This document shows positions 1-10,900 of a stretch of DNA of 35,073 nucleotides, in pieces. The notes below the pieces were generated by a model. The model saw nothing but the letters and a program-made list of their open reading frames with translations. It searched no databases and was not told the DNA's origin. How positions within the stretch are numbered: the stretch's first letter is position 1; each line of letters opens with the position of its first letter. Source of the stretch: a virus (Duplodnaviria; Caudoviricetes); IMG/VR virus record IMGVR_UViG_3300042288_000046, positions 1 to 35,073 of that record, one strand, 5' to 3'. The position numbers and the translations under genes are program-made.

Positions 1-14
1 TTGTAGACCATACA

Positions 15-50
15 CCCCCCCTCCCCCGCGCCCGCATGCGGGGGGGGGCG
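15..50. repeat. GC-rich inverted repeat/hairpin near the left end
   Basis: C-runs at 15-33 can pair with the G-run at 40-48; palindrome CCCGCATGCGGG at 31-42. Confidence 0.55.
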
Positions 51-305
51 AGCGCGATACTAGGAAAGAGCGCGAGCCTATACAGAGTCAGTGCCTCAGC
101 CTGCCCTAGCCCTGCCTTGTCCTAGCCAAGCCTGCATGCATAGCCTTGCAAGCAGGTGCTTATCGTTTAAACATGCAAGCATTGCAGGTGGGTGAGTCAT
201 CACCCCAGGGTTATTAAACTGCTGGTATCGGTATCGGTATATCTCTACCTACATAACTTTGATAGTGGTGGGGGTCTGACCTGCACTTTTACCCCACAAG
301 GGCTA

Positions 306-321
306 TGTGATGTAAATCACA
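306..321. promoter_or_regulatory. CRP/GlxR-type binding site
   Basis: Exact TGTGA-N6-TCACA (TGTGA tgtaaa TCACA), extending to ATGTGAT...ATCACAT, in intergenic DNA upstream of terminase. Confidence 0.6.
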
Positions 322-340
322 TGCCCTAAGATGTCCAATA

Positions 341-368
341 GTGTCCTTCTGGACACCTATAGTATAGT
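341..368 (+). promoter_or_regulatory. Putative promoter for the packaging/structural operon with a GACAC palindrome
   Basis: GTGTCC-ttct-GGACAC (341-356) followed by TATAGT -10 candidates at 358-363 and 363-368; no good -35. Confidence 0.45.
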
Positions 369-518
369 GAGAGGCGAAATTATCGGAGCCTCTCTGCTAA
401 GCAACAGCGCCCTCTAGGGGCGCACCCTAAATGAAGCCCTAACCTTCGGCTTCGTTTAGACTTCGCCTTCGGTTAGAGTTTGCCCCAAAACTCACCACAA
501 ATGGTTTTGGAGCATGCT

Positions 519-2378
519 ATGGAAAGAAAGAGAACAACCTCTGCTTCGCATAAAAGCGATGCTATTAAAAAGCAAGTCATTGACTTCCTAATGCAGGGGT
601 ACTCTGTCCAAAAGGCGATGGATGCCGTAGGTCGAAGTGTTAAGACCTATGAGTACTACCGAAAGACCGATGAGCAGTTTGCCTTAGCCATTGATAAGAT
701 TCGCTCTTTAACAGCACGGGGTGAGGTCGGCTCTCCACGAGGGGAAGTACCACCCTTCCCAGAGTTTTCAGAAAAATTTTTAGGGGTCCAAGTATTCCCC
801 CATCAAAAGCACTGGATTGATTTACTAGAGGGTCGAGAGCCTGAGGATGTACATCCTGCTATCTCCTATGAACCTGGGTCATCAGACCTAATCATAGTCA
901 ACACCCCACCAGAACACGCTAAGTCTACGACCATTACAGTAAACTATGCGGTATATCGGATTTGCCAGAACCCTAATATCAGAATAATGATTGTGTCTAA
1001 GACACAGGCTATGGCACAGAAATTCCTGCTTTCTATCAAGAATCGTCTAACCCATCCTCGTTATCAGGATTTACAACTAACCTTTGGTCCGCCAGGGGGA
1101 TATGAAAAAAATTCCGATTCGTGGAAGCAGGACCTAATTTACCTATCCTCCGAGTCTCGTGACTCTGGAGAAAAGGACCCTACAGTTCAGGCTGTGGGTA
1201 TTCGTGGTCATATCTATGGTGCCCGTGCTGACTTAATCATCATGGACGACTGTGTTGACCACACTAACGCCCATGAGTACGAGAAGCAGATTGACTGGAT
1301 TCAATCCGAAGTTATGTCTCGTATTGACAATGACGGCGGACGACTACTGGTTGTAGGCACTCGACTACGCCCACGAGATTTATATTCCGAATTGCGTGAC
1401 CCTATGCGCTATCCAGACGAGACATCCCCTTGGACATACTTTGCCCAACCTGCCGTATTGGAGTTCGCAGATGACTCGAAGGACTGGGTTACGCTCTGGG
1501 CTAAGACCAACATGCCTCCCGTATCTGGCAATGGTGTACCTGATGAGGACGGACTCTACGACAAGTGGACAGGTCCAGCACTGCATAAGAAGCGAAGCCG
1601 TATGTCCCCAAACTTGTGGGCGATGGTCTACCAACAGCAACAGGTTCACGAAGATTCTGCTTTCCCATCAGATGCTATCAAAGGCGTTATTAACGGCGCT
1701 CGCAATATTGGGATTATCCCGAAAGGTAAGCATGGCGTTCGACCTAATGGTATGGACGGGCTTATTGTGGTTGCTGGTCTTGACCCCGCTGGCTCTGGTT
1801 ATACCGCCGCTGTGGTTCTTGGCTTGGATGTTTCTACGCAGAAGCGTTACTTGCTGGATGTCTCCAATGTTGCGGGGATGAAACCAGATGACATTCGTAA
1901 TTTAATTAAAGACTGGACTGAACGCTACAGAGTTACAGAGTGGCGTGTTGAGAAGAACGCATTTCAGACAATGCTTACGCAGGATAGAGAAGTCCGTGAG
2001 TTCTTAACTCGCAGTGGCTCTATGTTGCGTGAACACCATACTGGTCAGAACAAGTGGGACTCAGACTTTGGTGTGGCATCTCTAACAACTTTGTTTTATG
2101 GATGGGATGAAGGCAATGCTCTTATTGAGTTCCCTTCAACACATTCTTCCGAGGGTCTTAAGGCTCTCATTGAACAACTTGTGACATGGTATCCAGATTC
2201 ACCTAAGTCACAAAAGACAGATACAGTCATGGCGTTCTGGTTCGCAGAACTTGGATGTCGTGACCGCTTGGCAAGTGCAACTAACTTTTCTAAGAATCAC
2301 AACAGAATGGGTATGTTTCATACGCCGTATGACCGCTCACAACAATACACCGTCAATCTTGACGAACTATACGCATAG
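519..2378 (+). CDS. terL: Terminase large subunit with an N-terminal HTH (TerS-like) extension
   Basis: Walker A-like PPEHAKST, Walker B LIIMDD, coupling motif VGT, RNase H-like nuclease GLDPA...DTVMA; ATG 519 preceded by GGAG (ORF track starts at 480). Confidence 0.92.
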   Translation: MERKRTTSASHKSDAIKKQVIDFLMQGYSVQKAMDAVGRSVKTYEYYRKTDEQFALAIDKIRSLTARGEVGSPRGEVPPFPEFSEKFLGVQVFPHQKHWIDLLEGREPEDVHPAISYEPGSSDLIIVNTPPEHAKSTTITVNYAVYRICQNPNIRIMIVSKTQAMAQKFLLSIKNRLTHPRYQDLQLTFGPPGGYEKNSDSWKQDLIYLSSESRDSGEKDPTVQAVGIRGHIYGARADLIIMDDCVDHTNAHEYEKQIDWIQSEVMSRIDNDGGRLLVVGTRLRPRDLYSELRDPMRYPDETSPWTYFAQPAVLEFADDSKDWVTLWAKTNMPPVSGNGVPDEDGLYDKWTGPALHKKRSRMSPNLWAMVYQQQQVHEDSAFPSDAIKGVINGARNIGIIPKGKHGVRPNGMDGLIVVAGLDPAGSGYTAAVVLGLDVSTQKRYLLDVSNVAGMKPDDIRNLIKDWTERYRVTEWRVEKNAFQTMLTQDREVREFLTRSGSMLREHHTGQNKWDSDFGVASLTTLFYGWDEGNALIEFPSTHSSEGLKALIEQLVTWYPDSPKSQKTDTVMAFWFAELGCRDRLASATNFSKNHNRMGMFHTPYDRSQQYTVNLDELYA

Positions 2379-2392
2379 AACAGGAGGCGAAT

Positions 2393-4222
2393 GTGGCTCT
2401 ATCTTTAGATGATATTAAAGATAACTATGACCGCTACCGCCAGCAATTCGCCGAGCGAGACAGCCGCATGGAAGCAGTGCTGCTTGTCCGCAAGGGTCGC
2501 ATGCGTGATGTTTACCCAGACCTTTTCCCCGATGGTCCTTTTGAAAATCCTATCGTGGCAAATATGGTGGACATCGCAGCACGCGATTTGTCAGAAGTAA
2601 TTGCTCCGCTACCAGCATTTAACTGCAACTCACCTACAATGGTGTCAGAGTCTGCTCGCAAGAAGGCAGACAAGCGTGAAGAAATTGTTAACTCTTATGT
2701 TGACTTTTCTGATTTGCAAAGTCAAATGTTCACAGCCGCTGACCGCTATATCAGTTATGGTTTTGTTCCAGCACAAGTAGAGTTCGACATGGAAGCGCAG
2801 ATGCCTCGCATCCGTTTCTTAGAAGCAGTTGGTTCTTACCCAATCATTGACCGCTTTGGAAATGTTAACGCTCTCTACCAGCGCACAATGAAGCCAGTAT
2901 CTGAACTTATGGCTTTGTACCCAGAGTACGCACACATCTTGTACGACAAGGATGAGCACAACTCAATGACATCTTTGTTAGAAGTTGTGCGTTATCACGA
3001 CAAAGACCAAGATGTTTTATTTGTACCAACACGCAATAACCTTGTTATTGACCGTGCTAAAAATCCTATTGGCGAATGTATGGTCCGCGTTGTTATGCGC
3101 CCATCACTTGACTCACAGGCTCGTGGTCAATTTGATGATGTATTGCCAATCCAAGTAGCAAAGGCACGCTATGCACTTCTCTCACTTGAAGCAGCAACTA
3201 AAGCAGTTCAAGCACCCATGGTCGCGCCAAGAGATGTCAGTGATATTGCTCTTGGACCAGATGCTATCATTCGTACAGAACGACCTCAGGATGTCCGAAG
3301 AATCCCATTGGAGATACCAGCAGGTGCTTTTGCACAGCAGCAGGTTCTTGAAGGAGAGTTGCGTTTAGGCTCTCGTTATCCTGAATCTCGTACAGGTAAC
3401 ATTGATGCTTCAATCGTTACAGGTCGTGGTGTTCAAGCCCTTATGGGTGGATTCGATACACAGATTAAAACAGCACATGCAATGTTTGCTCGTGCATTTG
3501 TCGAATTGATGAGCCTTGCTCTCAAGGTTGACGAAATGGTATTTGCCGATGTTGAGAAGAACCTGCGCGGTACTCGCAATGGAACTCCATATAACATCAA
3601 GTACAAGCCAAAGAAGGACATTGATGGTGATTACACTGTAGATGTTCAATATGGTTTGATGGCAGGACTTGACCCTAACCGCGCTTTGGTATTTGGTCTA
3701 CAGGCTCGCGGAGATAAGTTGATTTCACGCGATTTCCTACGCCGTCAGATGCCTTTTTCTTTCAATGCAACACAGGAAGAAGAAAAAGTTGACACCGAAG
3801 AACTACGCGATGCAATGAAGCAAGCGATTGCTTCTTATGCTCAGGCTATTCCAGCCCTTGCTTCTCAAGGTCAAGACCCGTCTGACATTCTTTACAAACT
3901 TTCAGCCGTTATCAATGCACGCCAGAAGGGAACCTCTATTGAGGTTGCGGTTTCTGATGCGTTTAAACCACAGAATCCCCCACCTGGTGCGATGACCCCT
4001 GAGGGTATCGTAAGTCCTGACATGATTGGGCAGCCAGGAGCGGTCCCGCCAGGTGAGGGCGAACTTCCACTAGGTATGTCTGCAACTGGTCGTATGCAAG
4101 GTGTAGCACCAGGACAGATTGCTCCAGGCGGTCGTCCAGATGTTCAATCTCTTTTAGCAGGATTAACAGCGAGAGGCGAACCTAATCTACAGGCTTCTCT
4201 CCAAAGACGAGTACCAGTATAA
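2393..4222 (+). CDS. Portal protein
   Basis: 609 aa directly after terminase; SD AGGAGG; size, position and Pro/Gln/Gly-rich C-terminal tail typical of podovirus portals. Confidence 0.85.
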   Translation: MALSLDDIKDNYDRYRQQFAERDSRMEAVLLVRKGRMRDVYPDLFPDGPFENPIVANMVDIAARDLSEVIAPLPAFNCNSPTMVSESARKKADKREEIVNSYVDFSDLQSQMFTAADRYISYGFVPAQVEFDMEAQMPRIRFLEAVGSYPIIDRFGNVNALYQRTMKPVSELMALYPEYAHILYDKDEHNSMTSLLEVVRYHDKDQDVLFVPTRNNLVIDRAKNPIGECMVRVVMRPSLDSQARGQFDDVLPIQVAKARYALLSLEAATKAVQAPMVAPRDVSDIALGPDAIIRTERPQDVRRIPLEIPAGAFAQQQVLEGELRLGSRYPESRTGNIDASIVTGRGVQALMGGFDTQIKTAHAMFARAFVELMSLALKVDEMVFADVEKNLRGTRNGTPYNIKYKPKKDIDGDYTVDVQYGLMAGLDPNRALVFGLQARGDKLISRDFLRRQMPFSFNATQEEEKVDTEELRDAMKQAIASYAQAIPALASQGQDPSDILYKLSAVINARQKGTSIEVAVSDAFKPQNPPPGAMTPEGIVSPDMIGQPGAVPPGEGELPLGMSATGRMQGVAPGQIAPGGRPDVQSLLAGLTARGEPNLQASLQRRVPV

Positions 4223-4234
4223 AGGGGGTGAAAA

Positions 4235-4408
4235 ATGAAGAAAGCGACAGCAAAGAAAGCAACAGGAAAGAAGCCAGCGAACCAAGGTTCAGCAGGTAAG
4301 CCTAACTACCAGAAGCCTATGAAGTCATCTGTTAAGAAGATGTCTAATAAGTCAGGTATGTTGTACACAACAAAGCAACCAAGCGGCACACGCGGGTCAG
4401 GTAAGTAA
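4235..4408 (+). CDS. Small Lys-rich basic protein (57 aa, MKKATAKKATGKKPANQGS...)
   Basis: Translated by hand (below the ORF track cutoff); SD GGGGGTG; fills the gap after portal. Confidence 0.7.
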   Translation: MKKATAKKATGKKPANQGSAGKPNYQKPMKSSVKKMSNKSGMLYTTKQPSGTRGSGK

Positions 4409-4413
4409 TTCTT

Positions 4414-4441
4414 AATCCTGAGCATGATTTAAAACTGCTCA
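4414..4441 (+). other. Candidate compact H-type RNA pseudoknot
   Basis: AATC/GATT stem plus TGAGCA/TGCTCA stem with an A-rich connecting loop. Confidence 0.35.
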
Positions 4442-4479
4442 ACTAATTTTAAAAGACTGAACTTAATTGTGAGGGAACT

Positions 4480-4911
4480 ATGGCACTGCCAAAAAATCAG
4501 AACTTTGAGGTATCCGCAACAGGCGGAGCGGGAACTAATGGTCAACCAGCACGCTATGCAGCAGGCATAGACGGCGCACAGGACTTCTATGACCTACAGA
4601 CTGCAGCACAAATGAGTGGCTCAAACCCAGCGTTCTCTACAGTTCCTTCCCCATCAGGTCAACGCCCATTCCGAGGCGACAGCGCAGCAAAACTTGTACC
4701 ACTAGATGCACCTACTCAACGCCCTGAGGAAGATGTCCGCACTGGTGGAAGCATGGCTACAGACACAATGTATGCAACAGATTCAATGGCTAACTCAGAA
4801 GATGCAGACCGTATGCGTGCAGCACTTCCATACTTGTCAACACTTGCAGAGTTGCCACAGACATCAAATAATTTCCGCAACTATGTACGATACCTAAAGA
4901 GTGTACTTTGA
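4480..4911 (+). CDS. Hypothetical protein, probably virion-associated
   Basis: 143 aa, SD GAGGGA, stop overlaps the start of the next gene. Confidence 0.75.
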   Translation: MALPKNQNFEVSATGGAGTNGQPARYAAGIDGAQDFYDLQTAAQMSGSNPAFSTVPSPSGQRPFRGDSAAKLVPLDAPTQRPEEDVRTGGSMATDTMYATDSMANSEDADRMRAALPYLSTLAELPQTSNNFRNYVRYLKSVL

Positions 4912-7900
4912 GTTTTTCCGAGACACTTGGCGGTTTTGCCAAAAAACTTCAAGGTAACGGATTTGCCAACGACATAGGCTTACCGACTTTATTGTTTGAC
5001 CTTGCTTCTGTGTCATCTAATGACAAGAATTGGGTAGGCGATGCTTTTAACATTGCTGGCGATACTTTTCGTTCATCAGTGTTAGCAGCATCTTTCCCAA
5101 TTCGTAAAGCATCAGGTTTTGCAATCCAAAAGGCTTTGCTTCCAGCAGCACAGTTGTCATACGAAACTGGTGGTCGTTACCTTCGTGAGCCATTATCAGC
5201 AGCATTAACAACACTTGCAACTGGTGATGTAAAAAAGTCATGGGAAAACCGTGATGAGATTTCTCCAGGACAAGCACTTGCTTATTTGCAGTCACGCTTT
5301 CCTGTAACAGGTAATGCGGTAATGGGATTTGATGAAGGTTTTGACATCTTCAATCCTAATGACAGAAAAGACTTTGAAACAGACTGGAATCTTCGCACTA
5401 TCACTGGTGCTTACGACACATTCTTTACAACAGTAACTGACCCACTAGGCAAAATTGGCAAGGCTGCAGGTCTTGCTCGTAAGGCTTTGGTTACACGCCC
5501 AATGGGTGCTGTTGATGCTAACGCTTCAACTTTGGCTCGTGACTTCTTTATGCCAAAGAGTATCCGTAAGACAACTATTATTTCTCCTGAGACTCTTGCA
5601 AGAACAATTAACGAGGGTCGTGAAGAAGGCGGAGAACTTTACAATACGCTTTCATGGTTTGCTAAGAGTGACCAAGTTTCATCACGCAGCCATCCAACTG
5701 TTGAACTTTCTAATGATGCAGATACATTGTCATACCTTTTAGGTGAGGCAAAAACTGTAGATGATGTAGCAGATACATTTATGGCTACAGCGCTTAAGGA
5801 CAAAGAAGCAATGGCTCGTCTTGTCGCCAAGCGTAAAGACCTAGCCTTTGTTATGGATAAGATTAAAGATACATCTACAACAGAACTTAATATGTTGGAC
5901 AATATCCCAACTAACGGCATTGTAGATGACATCAACAAGTTAGATTCAGCAGATGCTCTTGTCAAGAATCTTGATGAAGATGTTTATTTCCGCTACTTAA
6001 CAACCCTTAATGACAAGGGTGCAGATTTAACTAAGCGTACTTTTGGTGCATCACCATTTGAAAAGATGGCTATTAACCGAGCAGAGCGGCGTGCAGCAGG
6101 CATCCGTGGCAAAGTTGATGATATTGATTCACCAACAAGTTTCCCTACAGTAGGTTACTTCCAACCTACAAAGTATCATCCGCTAGTTGCGGTTGTTAAC
6201 TTCGGCGTGAAAAAGGTAGGCGATGCTTTCCAGGAAAAGCCAGCAGGATATATTAACCTTAACGATTCTGATTCGTATAACGAAATTGCGGCATTTGGCA
6301 ATCTTCTTCGCCGTGTTGTTGGAGACGAAGCAAACCCGATTGTCCAAAGACATTTAAACGATTACATCCAGTCAGGTGGCACACCAGAACTTCGTGCTCG
6401 TGTAGTTGAGTCATTTGAAGATTTAGCGATTACATCTATTAACCGCAAACTCGGTATCTCCGATGAAGCAGGCGCACAAATCTGGGGAGCATACAAGTCT
6501 CGCCGTGAGACTGCACGCTCTATGATTAAGGACCGCAAGTTCTTAATGACTAATGATGATGTTATTCTTAAGATTCCTTACTTAGAACGCCAAGGCGCTA
6601 ACGCTTTACCAATGGTTGACTTGGAAAACTACGAGCGTGTTCTTATGAAGAACAAGGGACTTCTCAAGGCACTAGAAGGTGGCTTTGATGTTGTAGACCC
6701 AGACTCATGGCGCTATACCACTGGCATTATGAATGACATGTGGAAGGCATCAGTTCTTCTACGCCTTGGTTACACAGTAAGAAATGTGTCAGAAGGTGCG
6801 CTGTCTATCATGGCTAAGGGCTACGGCTTAATGGCTCTAGGTGACTTAAACCGCGAAGGCTTTGATGCATGGTACTCAAATCGTGTACGCGACATTGAGC
6901 GCATCACTGACCGCCGTTTAGTATCACAAGGCGCTCGTGAAGATTCTATTCAACTGCGCCGTTTATTTGCTGAGAAGCAATATGAGTTTGGTGCTGCTGA
7001 CCGCATGTACAACGAGTTGCTTGCATACTTGCCAGCAGCAGAGCGTGCGTTCCTTAATGGCAAGTTAGATGAAGCGCAGTTAAAAGAAATTATTGATGTT
7101 TTCCAGTATGCAACTGGTGAGTATCTATACCATGGAACACCTACTCCTATCAATGGTTTAGATAACACTCGTCCATTTGCGATGAGCCTGTCACAGGATA
7201 TTGCTAACCGCTATGCCGATGCTGCAATGCCAACTGTTTCTGCCGCTGATATTTACAAGCGCATGACTGGTCGTGCTGGTCGCTTGCCTAAGAACATTGA
7301 GCGTTCTGCTGCTGATGAAATTGGTTCAGAAGCAATTATTGACAGACTCAGTGAAGATGAATTTTTAGAACTTACAGAGTATGTAGCAGGAAACTTTCAA
7401 GATATTCAAGCAGGATTGCGTGATGCAAATTTTGCAATATCTCGTGGACGAAATATACCAGAACTTCCAAAAACATTACAGAGAACAATTCAGCGAAGCG
7501 TTCTTAAAGAACCACTAACTGTATATCGTGGAACTACTAACCCAAGAAATATTTTTGCTAACGCGCAAGTTGGCGATATTATCGAAGAACCTGCTTTTGT
7601 TTCAACAAGTTATAGCGATGATGTTGCAAGAAATTTTGCAACTCCAAATCCTTTAAATAAAATACCAACATTAAATACAAATCTTAAACCTGGCGAAGAT
7701 ATGTTTATACCAGGAGAAGAAACCATTTCTACGCAAATAAAAATGAAACTTCCTAAAGGTTTAAACGGTTTAGATGTTGGCGCAACTTATCAAGATTTTT
7801 CTAATAAAACAGGAACTCAAATTAGCCGTGAAACGCTAATGATGGTTAACAGAGAGTCGGAAGTTTTACTTCCTGCTGGAACAAAGTTTCGTGTTATTAG

Positions 7901-10900
7901 CCGTGGCGGAAATGTAGATTCTGGATTTGTAGTTACTGTTGAAGCAATCCTTCCAAAGGCTGCTCCTAAGCAGAAGCCATCACTTGCTATGGAAACTATC
8001 GGTGCAGACATGCGCGATGGCTTCATCAACACAGTAAACAATGGTAATCAAGTAGAACTACTGAACCCTCAAACAGGACAGTGGCGAACCATTGACCCAA
8101 ATACAGTTTCTCAGAAGATGCTTGTTCAAGGCACATTCCGTATTCGTAAACCTGGCAATCAAGGTGCAGTCCTTGGCAACAAGGTTTATGGAGAAAGCAT
8201 TGACCTTCGTTTATTCCAAGGTAACCGAGCCAAACTAGGTTTAAAAGACTACCCAGAATTGCAAAAGATTCTTGGTGTTGGAGAAACTGCTGGTTGGAAA
8301 ACTCGTGCAGCATGGGAAGGCAAAGAGGACCAACTCCTTGGCTGGATGCGTGCTAATGGCGTAGGAAAGTTAGTACTTCCTGATACTAAGGCTAATGGCA
8401 ACGCTACAGTTCTTGTAGACCCAGAGATGGTAGAAGCCTTTGGTGAACAGCCTGCTGTTCTGCTTGCTGAAAAGCGTTTAAACGCAATTAAAAACCAGCA
8501 GCAATTACTTTCTGATGAATCTCGTGTGGCTAAACTAATCGAGGACACCATCAAGAATGGTGGCGCAACAGTTTCATTTACTGGCGATGTTCCTACATCA
8601 GGATTCTCTGTTGCTATCCGTGGTGCTACACATACATTCTCCGTAGAAGATGCTCGCAATAATCCTCAAGCATGGATTGATTCTATGGCTGAGCACTTTG
8701 AGAAGAACCTTGAGAAGTTTGGCACAGCAGACCATTTTGGTACTTGGGTGCAAGACATTGATGGCGTGCCACATATCTGGGCTGACCCTACGAATGTTAT
8801 TGTAGATAAAGCAAAGGCTGCTAAACTAGGACTTGAAAGAAACCAAGTTGAAGTTGCTGACCTTGCCGCCATTCAAAAGGGCGACTGGGACAATGCAATG
8901 ATTAACACTAAGGGTACAGGAGATAAAAATGCCAGCGCAGAATTTGCATTGGGTCAAGGCACCAAAGCCAGTATCGGAAATGTCCCAGGAGGAACGCAGG
9001 GCGTTCGCCGAGTTATTGGCACGGAGGGCTTTGGAAAACGCATTGATGAACTCGAAGCCATCCTCAGCACAAGAAAGTATCCAACAGACGGGCTTGTAAG
9101 TCTTGTTCGTGAGTTTGCCGATGGGCAGGCTGCAGCAAAGCGTGACATGAATGGTCTACTAAGTAGACTTGATGCACGCCTTGTAGAAGAAGGTCGCATT
9201 GCTGCACCTCGCCAGATTCAAGGCACAGGTCGCCGTACAGAAAGACTTTACGATGGCAGCATGGTTGAGTTTGACGATTCATTTAGAGGTGAAGGTGGAG
9301 CAATCCTACTATCTCAAACTGATAACGCTCAAACCTACCGCAATTTTGTAGACCATCCATCACAGTTATTCGCAGCAGAACACTCAAACTTTACAGAGGC
9401 TCGCCTCACAGCCAAGATGCCTGAGTACTACACAGGTTATGCTAACCAACTGAACTCATTCTTCCGCTCACCTGATGGTCGTATTGACCCTATCGTTGAA
9501 ATGTTCCTTAATGGAATGAAGCCAGAGCAGGCTGTTGCATGGTTACGCAAGCCAGAGAATGTTGCTTACGCTCGTAAGTTTAACATTGATGTTCCTGGTA
9601 TCAAGGTAATGTCAGAGCGTTTAAATGTATCTATGGATGCAGAAGATTTTGTTGGTGACTTGTATAGCGCCTATCAGCGCTACCTTCCAGACAATGAAGT
9701 GCAAGAAGCCTTCCGTGCTGGTGATGCAACAGAGCAATGGTTGCGTACACACTTTACTGATAACCCAAATATGCCAGACATTATCGGTCGTATTGTGCCT
9801 ACAAGCCAAGAAGCCCGTACATGGCAAGAGGGTATGAGTAAGGTTGTAGAGCGTGCTTTCCACTTCTTAGGTTCATTACCCGAAACTACAGTGGCTCGTC
9901 ACCCACTAGCCCGTCAGATTTATCGTGCAGAGTACAAGAATCGTTTAGATATTGCTCTTGCCACAAAGCGTTTAAACGAAGGCGATGCTGCCGAACTTAC
10001 AGTAGATGACATTAACAACCTACGCGGACAGGTCATTGAGGCTACACGCAAGGAAGTTAACAGCACACTCTTTACTATTATTCGCAAATCATACGCAGGC
10101 GAAAAGATGCGTTTCATTATGCCGTTCTTTAACGCATGGGAAAACACTATTCGCCGTTGGTATGGACTTACTAAGGATAATCCAGCAGTTGTCGCCCGTG
10201 CAGGACAGGTTATTTCTTCTCTGCGTAACCAGCCAAATGTGGTTGACCAAGATGGTAACCAAACTACTGAGTTTAGTTATGACAACAAGATTGTCCTACC
10301 TATGCCAGAAGGTGCAATCAAAACAGTTAGCATGATTCCTGGCTGGGGTAAGGGAATGGCAGAGGCATTGCGTTCATCAGGAACTCAGATGTCTATTCCA
10401 ATCCGAAGCCTTGACATCCTGTTCCAGGGTGAAGCGATTGCAGGATTTGGTCCTATTGTAACTATGCCAGTCAATGAGATAGTTAAAATAAAGCCAGACC
10501 TTGAGGACTTGGTTACATCAACAGTGTTGCCAGTGCTTCCATTTGGTCCACAAGAAGGCTTTCTACGCCAGTTGTTCCCACCTGCAGCACAGAAACTTAT
10601 CTCATTACGAGGTCAGGATGAAGCGTGGAGCCGTACATTTAATACTGTTTACCGCTATGAATTGATTCGCTTTAACCTTGGCGAGCGCAATACATTGCCT
10701 GAACTTGGTGAGATTAAAACAATGGCAGATAACCTCTACAAGGTTAAGATGCTTTCTAACTTGGTAATGCCATTTGCTGCACAGTATGACTCAACATTAA
10801 GTTTCTACACACAGCAGTTCCGCCGTCTACAGCAGGTATACGGACAGGATGCAGAGGCTTTGTTCCTTGAGATGTACCCTGAAATGTCACCTGCTTTGAT

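Noticed and set aside
7330-7950. Intein or intron explanation for the AT-rich insert in the giant gene
   Set aside because: The frame is open throughout; no intein splice motifs (N-terminal Cys, C-terminal HN) or homing-endonuclease motifs; the insert has ART motifs
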